Origin: Chiloscyllium plagiosum | Lineage: Eukaryota | NCBI RefSeq assembly: GCF_004010195.1 | Contig: NC_057718.1 | Span: 69,206,346 to 69,249,147, forward strand | DNA length: 42,802 nt | Direction: 5' to 3' | In this document: positions 22,700 to 35,029 of the stretch, piece after piece | Numbering within the stretch: the first letter of the stretch is position 1 | Layout: every line of letters begins with the position of its first letter | The notes under the pieces: generated by a model | Database searches by the model: none | Told to the model about the DNA's origin: nothing | What the model saw: the letters and a program-made list of their open reading frames with translations, nothing else | Position numbers and translations under genes: made by a program

Positions 22700-24070
22700 T
22701 CATAGGGCTGAGGTAGCTGTCCTGTTCCTCCCTGGGGGCATTGTCCTGGATTAGGTGTCATCAGAGTGGACACGAAGCCAGGAAGGTCCAGTTAAATGTT
22801 GTGCGCTGAACTGAGCAGAGTCATTATTGTGCTGTACTCTTGGTTCCAAGCATCACTGCTCCTGGTTTCCTGGAGCTGTACTGTGCTGTGCTGGGGTTGC
22901 CGATACTAGGAGTTGGAGTTTTATCAGGCCCTTCGCGATGTCCAGCATTTCTGGGTTGAAGGGTTTGCTCAGCTCTTGCCTCCCAACTCTAGGTGCTTTG
23001 TCTGTTCTTCTGTTTATGGTGATCCTCCTGTATGTTTTCATCAGAAGAGGAGTCTCTGGTGTGTCCTTTATACACTTGTCCCTTTCCACTTTGCTGCTGG
23101 CCCGTGGTGGCCATGGGTGGCTGCAGGATTTCCTTTTGTGGTTTTTCCTTGCCACCTGCCATACGCACATTCCTGTTTGTTCACTGTCACCTTCTCCATT
23201 GACTCTGTATTGTCAGGTTGAGGTTCAGTTGGTTAATCACTTTCTGGAGCATCTTCCTTTCTTTTTCCACAAGTCTTGCCTTCCTTCTGACTGTCCTTTT
23301 TTCAGTTGTCTTATTGGATGGCTGTGCCTTACCATCTTTTTGGGGTTCACTGCTTGTGTTGTCACTTCAGGCCATTTGTGCATATGTGTCCCTCTATCTT
23401 GGCAGGCCTTGCATGGCTGGCTTGATTCTTCACACAGGTTGCAACTCTTGGATGCTTGATAGTGCTTACTCAAGTGCCATTCCTGTTCGCAGTTCCTGCA
23501 GAAGGTTACCTTGCACTCTACTGCCATATTCCCTGACGTCCTGCAGGTCTGGCACACTCCAGGGTGCCCCACATTTGTCAAGTACCTTCGGTTCCCTCCA
23601 ATCACGAAGCTAATGTTCCTGCTGTCATCCACCTTCAGGGTCACTTGCTGGTCCACATTCCAAAGGAGACATCGGTGCTGTCCATAACTTCCCAGGAAGG
23701 TCAGCTCATCTGCTTCCTGGACATCGGTATTGGACATATGGATTGTAACAACCTTGCTCCACTGCACTGGAAGAACAAACAATGATATTGAGGACAGTAC
23801 AGAGAGGGGGCCCTCACCTCTTTTCTCCTCAAATACATTCAGGAGACATTCATATTGCTTCATGCTCCAGAAAGTCACATCAAAATGACCCCCTCATGGG
23901 GAAATCCTGCAGACAGAAAATATCCGCTGCTTGAAACATGCAGCAATGCAGGAGGATCCTCTTCATGAAGAAGCTTCGATTGATTGGTGTTCTTTCCTCA
24001 ATCTTCCGCTCAGTCACCCTGAATGTTTTCTGGACATAATAGCTTGGGCTTAGGCTTTGGAGTGGCCATA
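22700..24070 (-). pseudogene. Tx1 ORF1 remnant (ZCCHC3-like, three CCHC knuckles)
   Basis: DIFCLQDFP..GSF(D)VTF, VVTIHM, FVIGGNR.YL, CQTCRTSGNMAVEC-CRNCEQEWHLSKH-CNLCEESSQPCKAC. Confidence 0.85.
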
Positions 24071-24170
24071 CCTCTGGTTGGCTGTACACTGAATTGGCGT
24101 TAAGCCAAAGCCAGCATAAAGATCCGCTACAGCAGCTCAGCTCAATGGATGATCCTCGACACCCAATCAT

Positions 24171-25830
24171 GATCCAGCGATGATCTCAAAATTCTCTGAT
24201 GACTGACAACTCAGAATTTACAGTTAATATGAGCCAAAAGGCTAAGAAGCTTCAAGAATCAGTTGACCTATTTTATCAGGTTATAAAGGGAAAAGTGTGT
24301 CAACTGTGATTTTTCAGAAGCAGAGAATCATCAAGTTAGTGATTGCATTCACTCCAATAGACATATTTCAGAGAAATCCACTCGACAAATCCCAAAACTG
24401 CAACATGAGCTATGTGACCATTGCAGGCTAAATAAATTGCGTAACCCAAGCTATCAACCCACTGAAAATCCAGGAGGACAAGTTGAAGATGCAGATTTCT
24501 ACATGCGTGAAGAAATCACCAGCATTTCATGATTTCTGTAAAGCATATGGCAACAAGTATCACTGCTAGTGGTAGTGAGAAAGAGGAAAGGTAGAAAGAA
24601 CTACATGAAGTCTTTCAACAGCTCAAGCAGATGACAAATAGATAGTTCCTTGAGCAACAACAATGACCATAGGAAAAACATACATGAGGCGCAGATAAAA
24701 TGGATAACTTTAATCATGAATAAGATGCTGCAATGTCCATATAGCAAAATCCTTACACCACCAGGATTTTCTGGAGTGATTCAGATAATTTGCCTTTAAA
24801 AGAAGATTGACTATTGGCAAAAATAGATATTGGGCAAGTGCCAAATTCCTGCTTCTGAGAATTCTACAAGAAATATACCTACAGATGTGGAAGACCATAG
24901 AGAAACACACTGCTGTGAAATTTTCAGTGTAATACCTCACTAATTCCATTATGTGGGTTCATTTTACTGGAGTGTAAATGCAATGAGGCAGCACAGTGGC
25001 TTGGGATGACACAGTGAATCAGTGGTTAGCACTGCTGCCTTACAGCACCAGGACCCAGGTTCAATTCCGGTCTTGGGCAAATGTCTGTGTGGAGTTTGCA
25101 CATTCTCCCAGTGTCTGTCTGGGTTTCCTCCAGATGCTCCGGTTTCCTCCCACAATCAAAAAGATGTGCAGGTTTGGTGAATTGGCCATGCTAAATTGCA
25201 CATAGTGTTCAGGAATGTGTAGATTAGGTACATTAGTCAGGGGTAAATATAGGGCAATGGGTCTAAGTGGGTTACTCTTCAGAGGGTCGATATGGACTTG
25301 TTGGGCCAAAGAGCCTGTTTTCACACTGTAGGGATTCTAATTATAAATCATCCTAATGTTCTACATAATAAAAACCTGAAGTCTAGTGATTGCAGGTCTA
25401 CCAGCATGTTGTGATTCCAGGCTGTGGTGATCATTTGTTCATGGAATCAGCCATGTACCACAAGCCATGTGGTCATAAGATACACACATCACATTTGTTA
25501 GTTATCTGATGTTTAAATATCCTGAATGTTTTGATGGAATCAGAAGCTTTCAGAGAGATGTAAAATCATACTTTAGACATGGTACCACTTCATCAATTGA
25601 TCCAATACACATGAAACAAAGATATCCTACCCATACACCAGATGAATTTTGCACAACGTAAGTATCAGCAACTACATTAGGAGCTGGTCTACTGACCAGT
25701 TTGATCAATGACATCAAAGTCAGAGTTAAGAAAAGCAGAGCATGTCAATCAGATCTCAATAAGTTGAACTACAGAGGGTCTTCCAACAAATTCATGTTAA
25801 GCAAAGATTTGAAATAGCCAAGGAGGCCAA
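24171..25830 (+). mobile_element. Highly decayed Gypsy LTR-retrotransposon internal region (gag, protease, RT start)
   Basis: RIIKLVIAFTPIDIFQ (gag), CKAYGNK (knuckle remnant), AKIDIG/ASAKFLLLRILQEIY (DTG protease remnant), KYPECFDGI; no LTR identified. Confidence 0.7.
24986..25340 (+). mobile_element. HE1-type tRNA-derived V-SINE
   Basis: A box-like cagtgg, B box ggttcaattcc, tgtgtggagtttgcacattctccc core, CR1-like tail ttgggccaaagagcctgttt. Confidence 0.9.
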
Positions 25831-25988
25831 TATGTAACCCAAATTGCCTAAAAAGTGCTCTACATCAAAAAAAAATTAAAATATTGAGATGCAATAAATA
25901 TCTCAAAGAAGTCTTTAATTTTCAAGTTGTTCACACCTTAAAATGGCCTGACCATGGACAGTGAAAAGCATTGGAAAAGTGTTGGGTG

Positions 25989-27530
25989 TTATCTTCGGAA
26001 AATCCTGGCAATCTTTTTCTGCTGATGTCCTACCTTTGGACGAGTGCAAGGCAGCTCACCAAGTTGTCTAGGTTATCAAACACATTTTTGCTGTTTATGC
26101 ACTGCAGTTCGAAATGATAGAGCATTTCCATGGCCCTAAAACTTCAGTAGGGAACCAGGTGGTTGAGCATGCAACCTCTGTAGGTCACTGGCCTCCTCAA
26201 TTCAAGAACATACTGCATCAATTATTGCTTCATCTGGCAGTTCCATTGTGCAGCGTATGGTGTCTTCCACCTCATTGTAAGTTTTAATGATTGTCTCAGC
26301 TGTTAGTTCCATGCCACCGTCCTGCGGATGTCTGAAAAGAGCCTTTTCTTTGGACTGGTAGGACTCACTCTAAACATCTTGTTCTCAGTGTCTTGTGCAA
26401 CTGTAGCCTGTTTGCACTCAGCAAGGTAGATTCTGTTGGTGATTGATGGCAGAAAAACAGAAATGCTGGAGAAAGTCAGCACGTCTAGCAGAATCTGTGG
26501 CGAGAAAGCAGAGTCAACATTTCACATTCAGTGGCTCTTCTTCAGAACTGGTAATTAGTGGCATCTCTTATCATATCCTTACCTGTTCCATCAAAAAAAT
26601 GGCCTTTAGGAGAATTTGTCTTCCTGCTTCTTATGCCCTCAGTAACCTGAGAGGCCAAATGCCATTAGTAGTTGTTTTTTGGGTTTCTAATTATCCCCAA
26701 TGCATTGGCTGGAACTTAACTGTGATGCTTGTCAGAATGAACATTAACTCAGCAATATCAGGATGCACAGGCCTGATGTCTGTAATGATGATAATCTTCC
26801 TTTTCTCCATTAATAGATTTTGCACATTTTCCTGATCCATGCCTCAGAAGTTATCCTGGTGATGTTGTTAGCATTATATGAGTGAGTAAATCCTGATATT
26901 TGCAAAGCAACATGGTGTTTTGGACTTCCACACAATGCAGAAGCTTTTAAGTGCAATCCATATTGATGCAGACCTCACCAGTGACTCAGCCCTTGTTTTG
27001 CATTCCACCATTACATATTTAGCTTTTATAAAAAAGAGTTGTCTAGTAAAAAACGATAACACAACTTGATTTCATATCTTGGTGCATTCTCATTGAGGAC
27101 TTTTGTGTGATCACTTTACAGTCAAACATCTGACATTGCAGCTAAAACTGCTGCACCCTCACTGCTTACCATGGTGCCTTGACTTGAATCAGTCCAGCGA
27201 AACAGTACTGCAGCCCATTGCTTAGACTCCCTTTCCAGGGCAATCCCCTTTCCTGAAGGATTGGATCAGAGTTTGAAGCATCTGTGTTTGTGCTGTTTTG
27301 AAACATATTTGCAGAATTCTTCAACATCACGTTAGGAAGCTGTTTTCACCCTTTTCCTTACTGGAAAGGATATCAGCTTGTCAAACTGTTCCAAGATACT
27401 CATCTTGCGATTCTGAATGGTTGACAACCCAATGGTGGAATCTCCTATACCTTAACCATGTCTGCTTTTAATTTTGTGTCAAGGTTTTCCACTTACTCTA
27501 TCAAATTCACAGCCTCTAGTCAATAGCACT
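25989..27530 (-). pseudogene. Tigger/pogo (TIGD4/6-like) DDE transposase fossil
   Basis: Minus strand RKRVKTA..DVEE, PILQE, D*FKSRH (CENP-B HTH), KSKTPCCFANIR, RKIIIITD..VHP, FQPM.GIIRNPK.NY, and a C-terminal QKKI..F motif. Confidence 0.75.
26452..26549 (-). mobile_element. Short PLE terminal-repeat fragment (fourth variant) with decayed hammerhead, inserted in the transposase fossil
   Basis: Minus strand agtt-CTGAAGA-...-GAAA-tGTT-gact, followed by a ...gctgactttctccagcatttctg tail similar to the other terminal repeats. Confidence 0.65.
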
Positions 27531-30316
27531 TATAAATTTTTCACAAGTTCATCAATATTTTTGAAATTCCTATAACTCCAATATTGAATGATGACTTGCC
27601 CATGATTTTGTATTCTAGCCTGGCCTACCTTCACTGCGATTGGTTGGCATAGTTTTAGGGCAAGCATGTATGAGCTTGGGTAAAACAAATTTACCAGTCT
27701 TGAATTACAGCTCAACAAGTATTTCAATTCTACTGGCAGGAACAACTGACAAGGTAATCACAATCAAGTTTCTGGTTGTTCAAATTTGATTCATCCCAAT
27801 TTCACTGTAGGCCACATTGGCACAAGGAACCATTCTTTTGACTGACTTAACTGGGAAAAAGGTACTGATAATCATGCCCCACCACTCCACAAGCCCTTGC
27901 AAAAAGTATAATTGTATAAAATTCCAAGGAGATCACCAAAATGATGACTGACTGACTGCTACTTCAGAGAAAAGCAGTTCACTCTAGTTTCCATTGACAG
28001 AAAAAAATCTCTATTTGTAGTAACACATTTAAATTTTAACAAGAGAAGGGGAAAAAAAAAGAATTTTGGATCTATCTGTGACATAAACTACACTTCTTTA
28101 GAAAATTCAAATACATATTCATGGTTAAGACAAACAAAAGATGAATGGTATAACTCATACACTATACATTATGCTTACAGGGTAAACAAAATTCCAAAGA
28201 TCAAATATGCAGACTATAAAGTGGAAAGTTATTTCCCTTTTGAATTTAGCAATAATGCCATGTTATTGTCTGTAGGGTGGCACTCAATCTTCCATTCAAT
28301 AGGTGATCAGCTGGACCTCGGTCTTGTCTTATATTAGAACTTTATCTTTCAGGTTCCTTGACTTCTTGCCTACATGGAGGGAGATGGATACTTTTGCTTG
28401 CAGGATCCAGAAGATTTTCTTCCTCCACTCTTGCAGCTTTTAATCACGTTGCAGCTCAAGTATTTAGAAGACTGTTGTCAGTCAGAATTCCCTTAACTCA
28501 AAGGACTTTTGATATTGCTAAGTCTCGAATTCCCCCTTTTATTGCTTCATAAAATAACAACACTCTTTTGCACAGCTCAAAGAAAAAATATGGAGCACTT
28601 GATTTTCAAAATACAAAACCTTCCTGATATTTCATTTATATCAGTCTATTTCAGTTCAGTTTGCAAAACAAAAGGCCTTTTACACCATAAAGTTCCTACT
28701 CATCTATGGAATTATGTTAGAATTATCACTGATTATATTTATAAGTATCTGATGATCCACTGATTGGATGATATGTCAAGCATAACTGTAGCATGCACTA
28801 AAAATGTTATTTTAAGTTTATCTGCAGCAATCTGAGTGTTAGTCTGAGATAATGACTCTGGAATTTGCCAGTAAATCATTCTGGTACAAGTGTAAGAAAT
28901 GGAAATAGATCATACTGTATCTTCTCTTCAGGCCCTAATCTAATGGTTTGGCCAAAATAATTATTTGTACTGTTAAATCTTTCATTATAAAGTGTAGACA
29001 GACCAATGAAAATCCTCACATTTTAAAGCCACTCCTTAGAGCAAAATCACTGAGAGCAATCATTCCATCACTGGTGAAACTTATAAACGGCTGACCTGTA
29101 TGAACAAATCTACCTAGTATTCATCAATCTACTCTTTTAGAAACTGGAGATTAACTGAAAAAAGATGAGGATGAAAGATATTCAGATCAGGAATGCAGGT
29201 GAAAAGTTACTAAGTTTAAAGATGGGACAATAGGTCTGAACTTAATATGGAAAGTATTTGGCAATCAGCCAAAGTGACAAATACCTGTCTTGAGGCAAAA
29301 TTTGTTGTCACACCCACTGGTACAGCTGAGAGATGAAACAGAGAATAATTCAAGGAAGCATCTAATCTTCAACCCTCGTGCAACTCCACTGCAGCCAGGA
29401 CAAAATCCAATGCAAAATGCAAAGTTACATCCAAGTCTGACATGCCAGCAGGCTCTGTAAGAAAATTCAAAAGCCTAAAGTTCATGTTACAGTTAATAAG
29501 TCAAGGATTGTAATTGGATAATTGCTTCATTGATCCATCAACTTCTGAATTTCTTAGCTTGAAAATTGAAAATAAGCTTTCTATGTGTTTAAATGTGTTA
29601 ATTGTAATGAGATGCACTTTGGAAAATAAGGAGATGTTATGGCAAAACTTTAAGTGGATGTGTATATATCACTAGAGAGAAATATGTCAGATATGTGATT
29701 CAGACTTAGTTTCAAATTTGTCCTGAAGAAGTTACCAGCTGAGACAAATGACCAACTATGTAATACGACTATCAGCTTCTCAAAAAGCGTGAAATTTATC
29801 AGTAGAAGGATTGCCCACTGCTCCCAAATGAAAAGTCAGTCAGCACTTTGCTGATATGAAAGCTGGTTGCCCTGCTGCAATCGTATACTGGGATCAGCAT
29901 TAGGTGGAATGAATGTGTCCTTCGCATTCTCAGTGGTAGGAAAACCCACTATAGACATATACCAACAAATTTGGTTGGCTAGCAGCTCTGTATTCCCAGG
30001 AGCACCAAAAGTCAATGCTGGCTTTGCTGGGACTACATCCCATCCGACAAAAAATGAAGATTTATACTGGAGGAGTACTTCGTCAGAACTTCTTGCAGCT
30101 GCTCAGTCACATTCTTAACCTTGCATCAGCGAGGCAAACATCTTCTTGGACTGACATCTATAGCAACATAAGTAACTTTCTAATTTCTGAATCCCCAATC
30201 TTTATGACACAACAATAGTACAGGTTGAATGGTACTATTTCTATGTTCCTTCATGGTACCATGAGGCATTGATGTTATTTATTGTTCTTACGAAGGGAAC
30301 AATTAGAAACATGTTC

Positions 30317-31408
30317 GTCATAGAATCATAGAGATGTACAATTTGGAAACCAACACTTCGGTTCAACTCATTCATACTGACTAGATATCCTAAATTAATC
30401 TAGTCCTGTTTGCCTGCAACTGGCCTATATCCCACTAAACCATGTACCAACCAGATGTTTTTTACATATCATAATAATAAAAGCTTCCACCATCTCCTCT
30501 GGCAGCTCATTTCACACACGCATCACCTTCTGCATGAAAAACGTTGCCGCTTAGGCTCCCCTTTCACCTTAAACCTATGTTCTCCAGTTTTGGCCTTCTC
30601 TATCCTTAGAAAAAGACCTTGGCTATTCACCCTATCCATGCCCCTCATGCTTTTATAAAACTCTATAAGGCCATCCCTCAGCCTCTTATGTTCCAAGGGA
30701 AAACAGCCCCAACCTATTCAGCCTCTCCCTATAGCTCAAATCCTCCAACTCTGGCAATATCCTTGTAAATGTTTTCTGAACCCTTTCAAGTTTCACAGCA
30801 TCTTTCACATGGTAGGGACACCAGAATTGAATGCAGTATTCCAAAACTGGCCTAACCAATGTCCTGTACAGGCATTACATGACCTTTCAACTCCTATACT
30901 CAATGCACTGACGAATAAAGGCAAGTGTACCAAATACCTACTTTACTATCCTGTCTACCAGGGACTTCACTTTCAAGAAACTATGAACCTGCACCTAGCA
31001 TTAAGTGTCTAAGTCCTTCCCTGATTTGCCTTATTAAAATGCAACAGCTCATATTTATCTAAATTAAACTCCATCTCCACTCTTTAGCCCATTGGCTCAT
31101 TGGATCAAGGTTATACTCTGAGATAACCCTCTTCACTGTCCACTACACCACCTATTTTGGTGTCATCTTCAAACTTACTAACCATACTTCCTATATTCAA
31201 ATCCAAATCATTTATATAAATGATAAAAAGCAATGGACCCAGCACTGATCCTTATGACACACTACTGGTCACAGGCCTCTGTCTGAAAGGCAAGCTTTCA
31301 CCACCACTCTCTGTCTTCTACCTTCAAGTAAGTTTGTATACAGATGGCTAGCTCTTCCTGTTTTCCATGTGGTCTAACCTTGCCAACCAGTCCACCATGT
31401 GAAACCTT
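30317..31408 (-). mobile_element. CR1/HER1-type LINE RT to 3' end
   Basis: Colinear with 2912-4050 and 12373-12853; SKFEDDTKIGG, GSVLGPL motifs; tcatagaatcatagag tail. Confidence 0.9.
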
Positions 31409-33984
31409 AGTTTGACATCAGACATTAGTCTAATGAAAAGTACTGTTGGAATTTGAACTCATCCTTCTTTATTAACATTACTTGATCTGTTACATATTAA
31501 CAATGCTTTCTCTTTGAATTGAATTATTTTGAATTGGCATTTTTTAAATTTCCAAATTAATTTCTACACTTTTATATACGGAACTCACATGCAGGGAAGC
31601 CATCTGATTTGCAGATATTATTAAATTTTACATAAGTTAAAATGGATTGAATCTATATTTAAAGCTGACACCATCAATAAAGTGTTAATGTCTACATGAG
31701 ATTAAAACTTTAATCATATGGTAAAAATTGTAGCTAGAATTTGAAAGCTTCCAGGCATACACTGCATTAAGCAATTTTAATTTGAGGAGTCTTAGGTAGC
31801 TGATTGTGATGGCAGCATCTACTTTTAACTAGGGGCAATTTGTTTCAGATTAAATTTTTATTGGCTTTAAAGTAAGGAAATTACAGCATAACACAGTTCA
31901 ATATCATATGGTAACAATATAAGTTCATTATAGCATAAGGGTTCATTTATAGTCTGCAACTGAAAAGACCAGCAAGGGTTTGTACAAACTATCAGCAATA
32001 GTAAATCAGTCTCAGATTATTTAATTAAAGTGATTAAAACAGAGCTGGTGAATCAGTATCCCTGGTGCAAAAGGGCCCTGAACTCAAGCTCCAGTCCTCA
32101 AAGTCTTGAAAATTCAGTTTTGTCTTCACTTATATTTTCTGTTTGCTGGTTTCTCATGTTTGAAGTCAGTGGAAAATAATTTTGGCAGGTCTTTAGTGGT
32201 TCGTACTCACTCATTTTGCACTGCCTCAAAAAATCAACTGATTTCAATGGCTGGAATTAGTTTTCATTACATTCACCAATTTTTCTGCTTCCTAAAGTTT
32301 AGCAAAAAGATGTCATGATATGTCTCTACAACTCTATGACTTTGATGTAGGGTTCCCGGGATATTCTCAATGCCCAAAATTTACCCGTGTATTAACTTCA
32401 CACAAGATGATTAATTTGTCATTATGTTATTGCTCTTTGTTGTGTACACATTGCATGACAGAATTTTAAAAAGTCATTAATATGTAGCCATTTCATAACA
32501 CTTGTATAAATAACATGGAGGAAATGGAATTTTCCATGCCTGCAGGAGCTTTCAGAAGGACAGGCAAGGGAACTTCATGGGTGAGAAGGGAAATTACAGT
32601 TTCCCGATGGTGGGTTAATATTTTGCTCTCAAGTTCACACAATCATTTCAGGTTAATTAGTAGTGTTTGGGAACCTCTTTTGCATTTGTCAGCATGTCCT
32701 CAGTACTCATTAACACTGCAGACTACTGGAATTAAGTTTGTGAATGCAATTTTGTTAACCTTAAATGGCAACACATGTCTTCACAAGCTCAGCTGTATGT
32801 ATGAGAAATGTGTCTGCAGAGGAAAGCTTTTTCCTTCAAGCTCTGGTGAGAACAAATTACTTCAGTATCCAGCTCTCTCATGACCCATGTGTTTCATTGA
32901 AAACAATGTTAAAATGTTAGCATTGAAGGTTCTCCATGTTAATTCATGAGAAATCTCAGTTATTCACAGCCTGATGTGTCATTTATAAATGCTTACAGTT
33001 TTGTGGGTGAAGTCTGCCCAGGTCAAAAAGCCTGCTGGTGTGTGTTTAATGCATTTCTATTGGAGCGCTGAGAAACTCCCATGTATATGATCCCTGGATA
33101 ATGGAGATGTGGCTTAGGGACACTTTGGAGATGTCAGGTGCTGTTTGGGATTGTTTAACTATGGAGAAGATTTTATATAAAAGATGTGCAAACTCCTTGG
33201 AACTATTAAACCTATCAAGGCATGTCCAGAAGTGTCAACAAGTATTGACCTGTCAAAAAGTGTCAAAATGTATGAATGGGAGTACCTTTCTTAAGAGAAT
33301 GTAATCTGCAATATCAGAATTTAAGTAATCAAACTATATTTTTTCTCCTGGCTGCATGGATGCTTGTGATTACTCAACAAGTTGGCACGGTAGGTGAAGT
33401 GGAAAGGGTGGTAGGTTGAGAGTAGGTACTAAGTTAGCATAGGGATATGAGGGTCCATAAAAGATGGCTAAGGGCATTAAGTTACATGGCTACCATTTTT
33501 GATCCCATAAAGGGCTAAGTCCACCTCAGAAATCCTGGAAGGATAAGGTATCTCAACAATTTGAGCAACAGGTGAATTGAGCAGTTTCACTTTGTTATTA
33601 TACAGTCGCAATATAAGTGGTGCTCCCTACAAACATGATACTGCTGTCAAGCCAATTCCTGCCCATCACACAACTGTGTCATGTGGTATTTGGAATATCA
33701 GTGCTGATGTGATATATGGTACATAAATTCTAAAGACTGGAGTATCATATCAAACAGTCTTGCTCAAATAGCCCCTGCTTGCAAATTTCCAAACATGGTA
33801 TCCAACGCTAAATGCATTCCTACAATTGGACTATATTTGATAATAATTCTGAATGTGCTAAGAATTACACTGACAAATATTTGAAATTGTCAGCTGGGTC
33901 ACAGTGTGGTCTACTTCTGCATACTGTCTTTACAATGGACACAAGAGGACAAATCTTACCAGGTTCTGAATAATAGATTATGGC

Positions 33985-34695
33985 GTGAAGAGTAGTAGGA
34001 TCAGATGAGATGTTAGTCTTGGTGTTCAGATCATTGGAAGAATTTAATACTGACAAGTGTGAGTGATTTTTTTTGGGAGGTCTAGCAGGTTAAGGAAGTA
34101 CATAGTGAATGGTAGGATCCTAAGAAATACAAATGATCAGAGGAACATTGGTGTACATGTCAACAGTTCCTTGAAGACAGCAGGTCAAGCAGATGAAGTG
34201 GTTAAGAAGGTATTTGGGATCAGAAGGAAGTAATTGCACTAGAGAGGGTGCAGTGGTGATTCACCAGGATATTGTCAGGATGAGAGCTTTTCAGCTATGA
34301 AAAGAGGTTAGATAGTCTGGGATTGTTTTCTTTACAGGAGAAAAGGCTGTGAGAGGTTCTGATTGGGTTGTGCAAAGTTCTGAATAGCATAGATGGAGTG
34401 GATAAGGAGAAACATTTCCTCTTAGAAGACGGATCCATAAACAAAAGGCAGTTTTTAGGTAAAGAGGAGGAGGATCACAGGAGATTCCAGGAAGCTACCT
34501 AAAAAGAGTGCTAGAGGCAGGAACTTTGAAGACATTTAAGAAGTATTTACAAGAATACTTGAAACACCATAGAATACAACTTTTCAGGCTAAGTGCTTGA
34601 AAATGGTATTAGAATTGATAGATACCTAATAACCAGCACAAATGAGATGAGCCAAAAGGCCTTTGTCTGAGCTGTAAAAACTCTGTAACTCATAC
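33985..34695 (+). mobile_element. Decayed CR1-type LINE 3' part
   Basis: EFNTDKCE, QRNIGVHV.SSLK, SYEKRLD.LGLFSL, and tail gagccaaaaggcctttgtctgagctgta. Confidence 0.8.
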
Positions 34696-35029
34696 TCTGA
34701 CTTTGCTCATGACATGGTAGGGAGTGGCAAGTTCCCCATTGACGATCTTTATTGCTTGTTAAAATTGTTCGTTAAATGCTCAAGTCATCACTGTTTTATA
34801 GGCTGCACTGAGAATAAACCCAGAAAAAAATGAATAACAAGTGAATGGCTCCACCACTGTAGCCAAGCAATGACCGATAACAATATAAAGCAGTGACTAC
34901 TTATGGTTCTGCAACCCAGAGCACAATTAACTTTTGAAGAGCTATTAAAAAATTCTGTCAACTATTCAAGATAGCACTAAAAGTTGTACAAAAAGCTAAA
35001 AGATGACTACAAAGTTTACATCACATGTG

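Larger units (their letters stand above)
19321..24170 (-). mobile_element. Near full-length decayed Tx1-clade (L1 group) LINE
   Basis: Zinc-knuckle ORF1, APE and RT in the expected order; A-rich 3' end (...attttgaaataaaaaagg) near 19325. Confidence 0.9.

Noticed and set aside
22827..23459. 210-aa hydrophobic ORF resembling a membrane protein
   Set aside because: Antisense to the purine-rich Tx1 ORF1 C-terminus; shadow ORF with a non-ATG start
23237..24170. Host ZCCHC3 gene
   Set aside because: Frameshifted, knuckle residues are degenerate, and it lies directly upstream of APE-RT ORF2
25959..25966. CAGTGAAA as the second TIR of the Tigger fossil
   Set aside because: Only 8 bp match the 27800-27807 end and there is no flanking TA; could be chance
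30075..30150. Minus-strand ARLRM/VKNVTEQLQEVL, similar to CR1 ORF1 esterase
   Set aside because: Too short and frameshifted to call without an alignment
32515..32883. 122-aa ATG-initiated ORF
   Set aside because: No recognisable domain or splice context; length is compatible with chance
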